The notes under the pieces are model-generated. The model saw only the letters and a program-made list of their open reading frames with translations, was not told the DNA's origin and did not search any database. Positions 57,524 to 64,000 of a stretch of 64,000 nt of DNA are shown here, one piece after another (the stretch's first letter is position 1; every line of letters starts with the position of its first letter). The stretch is from the human T2T-CHM13v2.0 reference genome, Homo sapiens, in the NCBI RefSeq assembly GCF_009914755.1, contig NC_060927.1; one strand, written 5' to 3'. The position numbers and the translations under genes were made by a program.

Positions 57524-57603
57524 AGAGTCTTACCTACTAAGTGCTTACTTACTAACTTACTTACTTAGAGAGTCTTACCTACTACTGCTTACCTACTAAG
57601 TGC
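57524..57603. repeat. Patchwork CTTAC(C/T)TACT direct repeat
   Basis: AGAGTCTTACCTACTA twice, CTTACCTACTAAGTGC twice, seven CTTAC copies. Confidence 0.85.
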
Positions 57604-58464
57604 AAGAAATGAAACAAGTCCGATATGCATCTGCTTATGATAAGAGTTAATTTTAGATTAATTCTTCAGGATCCTGTATCTCCTTAACACCCTGAGTTTT
57701 TGGCCCTTCCACCCCATTCTGGCGTCTTTTAACTGCTCTCCCTCCCTGCGGGTTCTACTCCATTCCTGCACATTCTCCACACTTTCACTAGAATCCTGTT
57801 TACTAGATCCAATTTTTCTATATCTCTATGTTTTGAGTTTTTCATTGTGTATGCTTTACACAAAGTTAAACAACTAATTAAAATTAAATGAAACAAATTG
57901 AATTATGTCATTTTTCTGCTTGTGTTTTCTAGGTCTCCATCATGTAATGATCATGAATTATATATATGTAAATGTATGTATGGTGTGTGTATCTCCTCAT
58001 CTTGTGCCAATTTACGTCTTATACCCGGCACACCAAACTACTTGCAGATTTCTGAACACACCATGCTTTCTCAAATCTGAGTGTTAACACATGGCATTTT
58101 TTTTTTCATTAAGCTTTCCCTGCCTTGTCTACTTGAGCAAATCTCAGGCAGCTTCATGTCCCCATGATTAACTCAAATCTTACCTCTTCAATGAAGCTTT
58201 TGCTGAATTCTCAGAAAGTGTTAGTTATTCACTTTTCCCTGTACTTCTATCGCACTTTTTCATATGTGCATTTTAATAATTTGTAATTGTCTCTTTGCAT
58301 GTCTGTTTCTCCTCTGAGCCCCTAAGGGCAGCGTATAACTCCATAGATATGGTTCCCCAAGGTTCATCTGGTTGTTGTTTTCACATGATTGTGCTAGCCA
58401 AACACATTGTGGAAACCAGTGAAAACATAAATACCATGCCCAGCGGAAATCTGAGGAAACATGT

Positions 58465-58880
58465 GAGGTGGGATTGCCTATAAGCAGAGTCAGAGATGGT
58501 GGTTCTTGTATAATTGATTTATTGAGGGAATGTTCTCAGGAGAAACCTGTGAGGAAGTGAGGGAAGCCAAGTATAATAGGGGAAAGAGTTCGCCAAAGAA
58601 GTGGTTTCAGAATTCTAGCTTCAGCCTGGTCCCTGGGGGAGCTCTGGAACATAAGCATTGCCTGCCTTTAGGCAAAGTAGTTGGGCTTTTATACTTCCTG
58701 GTTAGGAAAGTGGTCCTGCAGTGGAGGATATAGGATGCGGTGGGGTGTTATAACCTCCCAGGCAACTCTCAGTGGGGTGGTTCCGGTGAGCTAGAAGCAA
58801 GTCTCCAGAAAAGATGGAAGGAAGAGAACATGGGCTTGTTAAAGGAGTTCTGGCAGGGGCAGAGACAGAATTTGCTACAC
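58465..58880 (-). mobile_element. LTR16/LTR33-like ERVL LTR
   Basis: AAGCAGAGTCAGAGATGG...TGATTTATTGAGGGAATGTTCTCAGGAGAAACCTGTGAGGAAGTGAGGGAAGC. Confidence 0.65.
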
Positions 58881-58904
58881 ATACCCAAATATTCTCTATA
58901 TACG

Positions 58905-58985
58905 TTAGGGTGGTGCCAAAGTCATTGCAGTCTTTGCTGTTACTTTTAATAGAAAAAAAGCTCAATGACTTTTGAACCAACCTAA
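58905..58985. mobile_element. MADE1 (Hsmar1-derived MITE), near-palindromic, about 80 bp
   Basis: TTAGGGTGGTGCCAAAGTCATTGC...CAATGACTTTTGAACCAACCTAA. Confidence 0.9.
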
Positions 58986-61147
58986 TGTAAAAAAAGGCAA
59001 CAGGTGTCATTTATTGAGCACTCACTTTTTACCAAGCACTGTACTAAGTGCCTTACATGCATGAGCTTGGGCCCTTCAGTAGTCTGTCCCGGAGTGTGTT
59101 TAACCACTTTTGGATGTTTCAGTACAACGTCAGGTGCTTCAGTGTAACATTATAAAACAAATCCAGGCCTTCACCCAGGGAAACAATGCCTATTCCTGCA
59201 TTTTGTTGAATTCGGGGAATGCTGATTGCAAGATACATCATTAGTTTATGTTCTACTAGGAAGGAAAACAAAAAGCTTCCTACCAAACCGTAGTGTAGTG
59301 CTTTTATGTTGTCCGCTGTGTGACAAACCTGCTTTCAGATAAATTGAAACATAGGGAAAAAATGTGCATGAAATTTGGAAATTTATAAATATTGATGACC
59401 AAATAACAAGTAGGAAGTTTATGTTTAGATTTATACATTTTTAGATCATTGATTAATATCTTTGAAATTAATTCTAAAAAGGGTTAAAGTGATTATTATT
59501 TTAAAAATAATGGAATATATACAAGTGCTTGTGATAATTTGATGTGCTACTAAGTCAATCACAGGGATAGACTTTTGATAGATTCTGATATATTTTCTGA
59601 AACATATTTAGTCCAAGACAACTGTATGGTGTTCTCACACACAATTATTATGTGCCGTATCTGAGAAGAGGTTATTAACTATATTTATCAATAGTTTGTC
59701 AATTAGTATTATGATTTATTAGAATGGCATATAATATATTGGAAATAGTGTCTTGTCACATTTCAAAAAGTAAAAACCGAAGAATAAGGCCACCAATTTG
59801 ATAAAAACAATATTTTTGGGTTAGTGTAATGGGTTATTCTATTGCAGATTGGTGTTTTCCTAATTTTTCAATATTAATGTGAACATTATAATATTCATTA
59901 TAATATTAGTGTGAACACTGTAAATATTAACAATGAAACATTTTTAATGAATGTTCTTTGAGCAACAGTCAAATGAAACAGCCATACTGGTTATGCTGAA
60001 GTGAGTTAATTGAAATGTGAGAGATTTCTTTCTTTATTCTATGTTAAAAAGTGCTTATTGCCTTAGCCAGCTAGTTGCTATTACCAATATTAAAAGCTAC
60101 ATAAATTATACAAAGCTATCCACAGAGGCTAGCAAAAAAATTACCGCCCCTGCTGAGGACAAAATGATGTCTTTGTTTGAATTGCCAGATATGAAGTAAC
60201 AGCAAGAGATAAATTATTTTCTGGGCCATTATTAAAGGATTAAAGGTGGGTCCCAAATCTCTGTTGACCAGATTCATTTTCTTCTGTGTGGTTGGTTTGC
60301 CTTTGCTCTGTTTGGAGTTATTATAGAGGAAATTGCTGCATCGTTAAATAAAGCTAAGAGTTGCAAAGAAAACATGTCTCACTTATTGTTTGTATTTGTT
60401 GCTTTGGTTTTATGTAGCATCGTCAGAGTCAGCTTCGACATATTTTACAAATAATCAACATTTTAAATTGCTTAATGCCTCGTTGATCTAAAAAAATCCT
60501 TGAAAGCAGGTTTAAAGATAGGGTTCAAATTCATTTATAATCACTAAAATTTTTAGAACTGAAAGTCTAAGTCTTCAGAATTGGTCCTCCCTTGTGTGGG
60601 CATAGGAGGATTGGCAACACAGAAAAAATTTTCATCATGTAGTTTTGCCCTTAGATATAAGCTTCAATTTTTCTCCTGTCTAAGAAACAATATCTCAAAA
60701 GAAAGGCAAAAGGATAACCTTTTAAGAGAATGTGACAGCATCTCTCTGCTGGACCATTTGACTTGGCCCATGATGAAATTGTATCATAGAAAAATTGAAT
60801 AGCTTCAGATGTTATGAAACTGGGTCATCTCCCACCATCATGATTGATCAGAAACTACACCAAAATCAGTGGGAGTGGGAAAAACCCATGGAAATAACTG
60901 CAGAGTTTAGATATGTTTTATTGGTGTTTGATTCAAGGATAGTTTAAACAGATTTTCTTTAGTTGTTCTTTCGTATGAATACAGAAGAAATTTAGTTTAT
61001 TTTCCAGGCTAAGAATAAAAGCAATGACTTGAGCACATGTGATAAGTTTTTTTTTTCCTTTTATTCATTTTCTAGTTTTAATATTAATAAGGAAAATACA
61101 GATAGTTTATAGAAGAAAATTAAAATCACATTTATTTATACTACCCT

Positions 61148-61945
61148 GTGATTCATTTATTTTTTAGCGTGTACTATGTGCCAGACATTGTTCTAGGAAC
61201 TGAGGTTATAGCAGTAAGTACAACAGACATTCCCACCCTCATGGAGCTGATGATCCTAGAGGAGGAGATAGACAATTTTTAAAAAGTAAATGATATAATG
61301 TATTAAAAGGTGATAAGAACTATCGAGAAAAATAAAGTGAGGTCTTCACATTCCACACAATTTCAGTAAGTATCATTCACATTCTATTTTATGAGACACC
61401 CATCCCCTGGAACTGTGCAACATGACTCTGGGAAGGAAGTTTGGAGATATTTGGCAAGACTAGAAGGAGGAGGGGGTGTGTTGAGGGGGTAGCTGGATTT
61501 CTTGAGAAGGTTACATTAAAGGCTTGAAGAGAGTGCTAACTAAAGGAAGAATTCCAGGCAGCAAGAACAGCCCGTGCAAAGGAAAGAACATGATTGTCAA
61601 ATCTAAGGACCCACAAGGAGGTCAGTGTGGTTGGACAAGAGTCAGTACAAGAACAGTAGCAGAACATAATGTCTGACTAGTTAATAGAGAGGCTTATGAA
61701 ATGACAGTGATGTGCAGTCACTGGGAAGTTCTGAGCAGAGAAATCTGACTTACGTCTTTGAAAGGCCACTCTGTCTGCTGTGTAGAAACTACACCATGGG
61801 GCACACAGTGGGCAAGAAGGGAAGCCAGTAGAACTATTAGGAGGCTAATGCAGCAATTTGAGAAAAAAAAAATGATGGTGGTTCAGGCCAGAGTGGCAGC
61901 AATTGTAGATAGTGTTTGGATTCTGGATATATCCTGAATAAAAGG
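61148..61945 (-). mobile_element. L2a 3' region
   Basis: TACTATGTGCCAGACATTGTTCTAGG...CCCTCATGGAGCT...GAATTCCAGGCAGCAAGAACAGCCCGTGCAAAGG...GGATTCTGGATATATC. Confidence 0.8.
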
Positions 61946-62030
61946 CCAATTAAGTTTCTTCTCACCTAACATATGAAAAGTAAGAATAAAAATAACTTTG
62001 CGATTTTGATACAGTTGCCATAATGGAGTG

Positions 62031-62380
62031 CAGTTGGCCCTCCACATCACTGGACTCCACATTTGTGGATTCAACCAATCATGGATTGAAAATATTTGGG
62101 AGAAAAAAATGGATGGCTGCGTCTGTGCTATAAAGGTACAAACACTTTTTTTTCTTGTAATGATTCTCTAAACAATACAGTATTCCAACTATTTACATAG
62201 CATTTACATTGTATGAGACATTATAAGTAATCTAGAGATGATTTCACATATATGGGAAGATGTGCATAGGTTATATGCTAATACTACACTATTACACTAT
62301 TAAGGGACTTGAGCATCCACAGATATTGGTATCACAAAGTGTTCTGGGACCAATCCCCCCTGGATACTGAGTGCCAACTG
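62031..62380 (-). mobile_element. MER2 (TcMar-Tigger) non-autonomous DNA transposon, full length
   Basis: TIRs CAGTTGGCCCTC / GAGTGCCAACTG followed by TA; internal TAAGTAATCTAGAGATGATTT and GGGACTTGAGCATCC; 350 bp. Confidence 0.88.
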
Positions 62381-63649
62381 TATATCTGTGCCATACTTTT
62401 GTATCAATTTTTGTGTGTTTAGTTGTATAAAATATTTTCAGGTTGTAATCCTAAATCACCTACTTGTTTACACATTTTTCACTTAATATAACACATATAA
62501 TAAAAGGATCTCTTACATCCTCAAATGTTAGTTGAGAATGTGATATTTAAAACAAAAGTTACATAGCATTTCATAAATCAAACTTGTTACTCAATACTCA
62601 GAATTGAGAATTAAAATGGGTTCTGTCAGAGATTGAGGGGCAGTTTGCTGAACTCTTTTCAGAAAAGAAATCTGTTTGGGTTTGCTGTGCCTTCATCTTA
62701 CCACTTCAGATCCCCTTAACTTGAGAAATTTCCCAAAGAATTTATCCTCTGAGTTTGGTGAGGAAACCCAGAGACAGGGGACCAGGGTCCTTCTCTTTGC
62801 CAGGCAAGGGTGACCTCATTCTAAGATGATCCCTTTCCCATGCTGACTGGGCTCTTCTCACCTAGCATAGGCCTGGACAGGCTGGTCTTCGTGGTCCCTA
62901 TCTCACAGTCTTCCCAGCAATACTAGTGGGGTTCAGGTATTCACCTACCACCACTGCCGGCACACAGACAGTGGATGTTACTAGGTTCTGCAGGGACGTC
63001 TTTCATATGTAATGCACATAGGCTGTTCCCTCACCTGCCTATCACTGTAGTCTGGCTGTCTTCCTTTCAATCTTGTATATAGACGTTTCCATGTTTTTCT
63101 GCTGGCAATTATGTCTAGTATTCCTATTGCCATTTTGCCTGGAAGTCTCCGAAACATTTTGTGCATATGTGGCTTAAGTTCCACATCAAATGGAAATTCC
63201 AAGCCATACTAAACTTATTTTTTAAATCACTATTGACTAATTATATTACCTTATTTCTTCATGATTTTGACATACGTTTTTATGACTATTTCTGGCATAT
63301 AAAATACAATTGAATCAGAATTAAAACACATTTTCTAATTAGAGTATTATAAGTTGTAGGATGTGTCTCAGTCACTACTCTGTTGGGATTTGCCTTTTAT
63401 TTCTTATTAGAATGATAGATGCTGTTCAGCTTTCAACATAAACAGCTCACCCTAAAAAATGAGGGTCTTGCTTAGAGGAAAGTAGATGAAAGAAGAAAGA
63501 TATCGACTTACTTGGGCTTACTATGGGTATTACTGATTATCATAGAGAAAGATGCCTGCACAGGATGAGGTACCTCTTGAATTATGTTGTGATCTACGTT
63601 AAGGAACAGAAAGATCATCTAAGTTTCCCATGGCCAGTAGCCACCCATC

Positions 63650-64000
63650 AGTTCATTCTATACATATTTAAGACATGCCTATATGTGTCAGGCACTATAC
63701 TAGGCTCAGAGAAACAAACTGTGAACAAAATATAAACACTTGTCTCATGGATAATTACTTATAAGAACAATAAATAAATGCATACCATGTCAGGTGGTTA
63801 TAAGAGCCATAAGCATATATAAACTGGGGTAATAGGACAAAGAATGAAATAAAGTTGCTATGTTACATAAGATGGTCAGGACAAACCTCTTTAATAAGGT
63901 GGCACGTGAGCAGAAACTCATAGTAAGGGAGGAATTAAGTAACATGGTTATATGAAGAAAGCTTGGTGTGGGCACAGGGAAGTAAAGTACAAAGTCCCCA
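63650..64000 (-). mobile_element. L2 3' end, continuing beyond the window
   Basis: TTCATTC...GCCTATATGTGTCAGGCACTATACTAGG...GTGAACAAAA...GATGGTCAGGACAAACCTCT. Confidence 0.75.

Noticed and set aside
58901-58989. Long hairpin resembling a pre-miRNA
   Set aside because: Fully explained by MADE1 terminal inverted repeats; no expression evidence

Overview
AT-rich primate genomic DNA, most likely human given AluY/S/J, L1PA, THE1/MST and MADE1 elements. It is non-coding, intronic or intergenic. Much of it is interspersed repeat: about 14 Alus, many old L1M, L2 and MIR fragments, a CR1/L3 fragment, MaLR/ERV1/ERVL LTRs, a decayed ERV-L pol/dUTPase interior, and DNA-transposon fossils (MER58A, MER2, MADE1). 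No protein-coding exon, RNA gene or CRISPR array can be supported; the supplied ORFs are repeat-derived or chance. The clearest structural find is a LINE-1 3' transduction at 21161-22073: a 5'-truncated L1PA8-type 3' end plus about 410 bp of unrelated GC-richer DNA with its own AATAAA and poly(A), all inside one target-site duplication and splitting an older MLT1 LTR. Smaller mutational scars include a template-switch hairpin in an Alu, a 24-bp TSD, re-use of one endonuclease site and a CTTAC patchwork repeat. Several repeat-free, motif-rich blocks are enhancer candidates only. I see no evidence of a new gene system. Repeat subfamily names come from recalled consensus sequences, and boundaries of old repeats are approximate.
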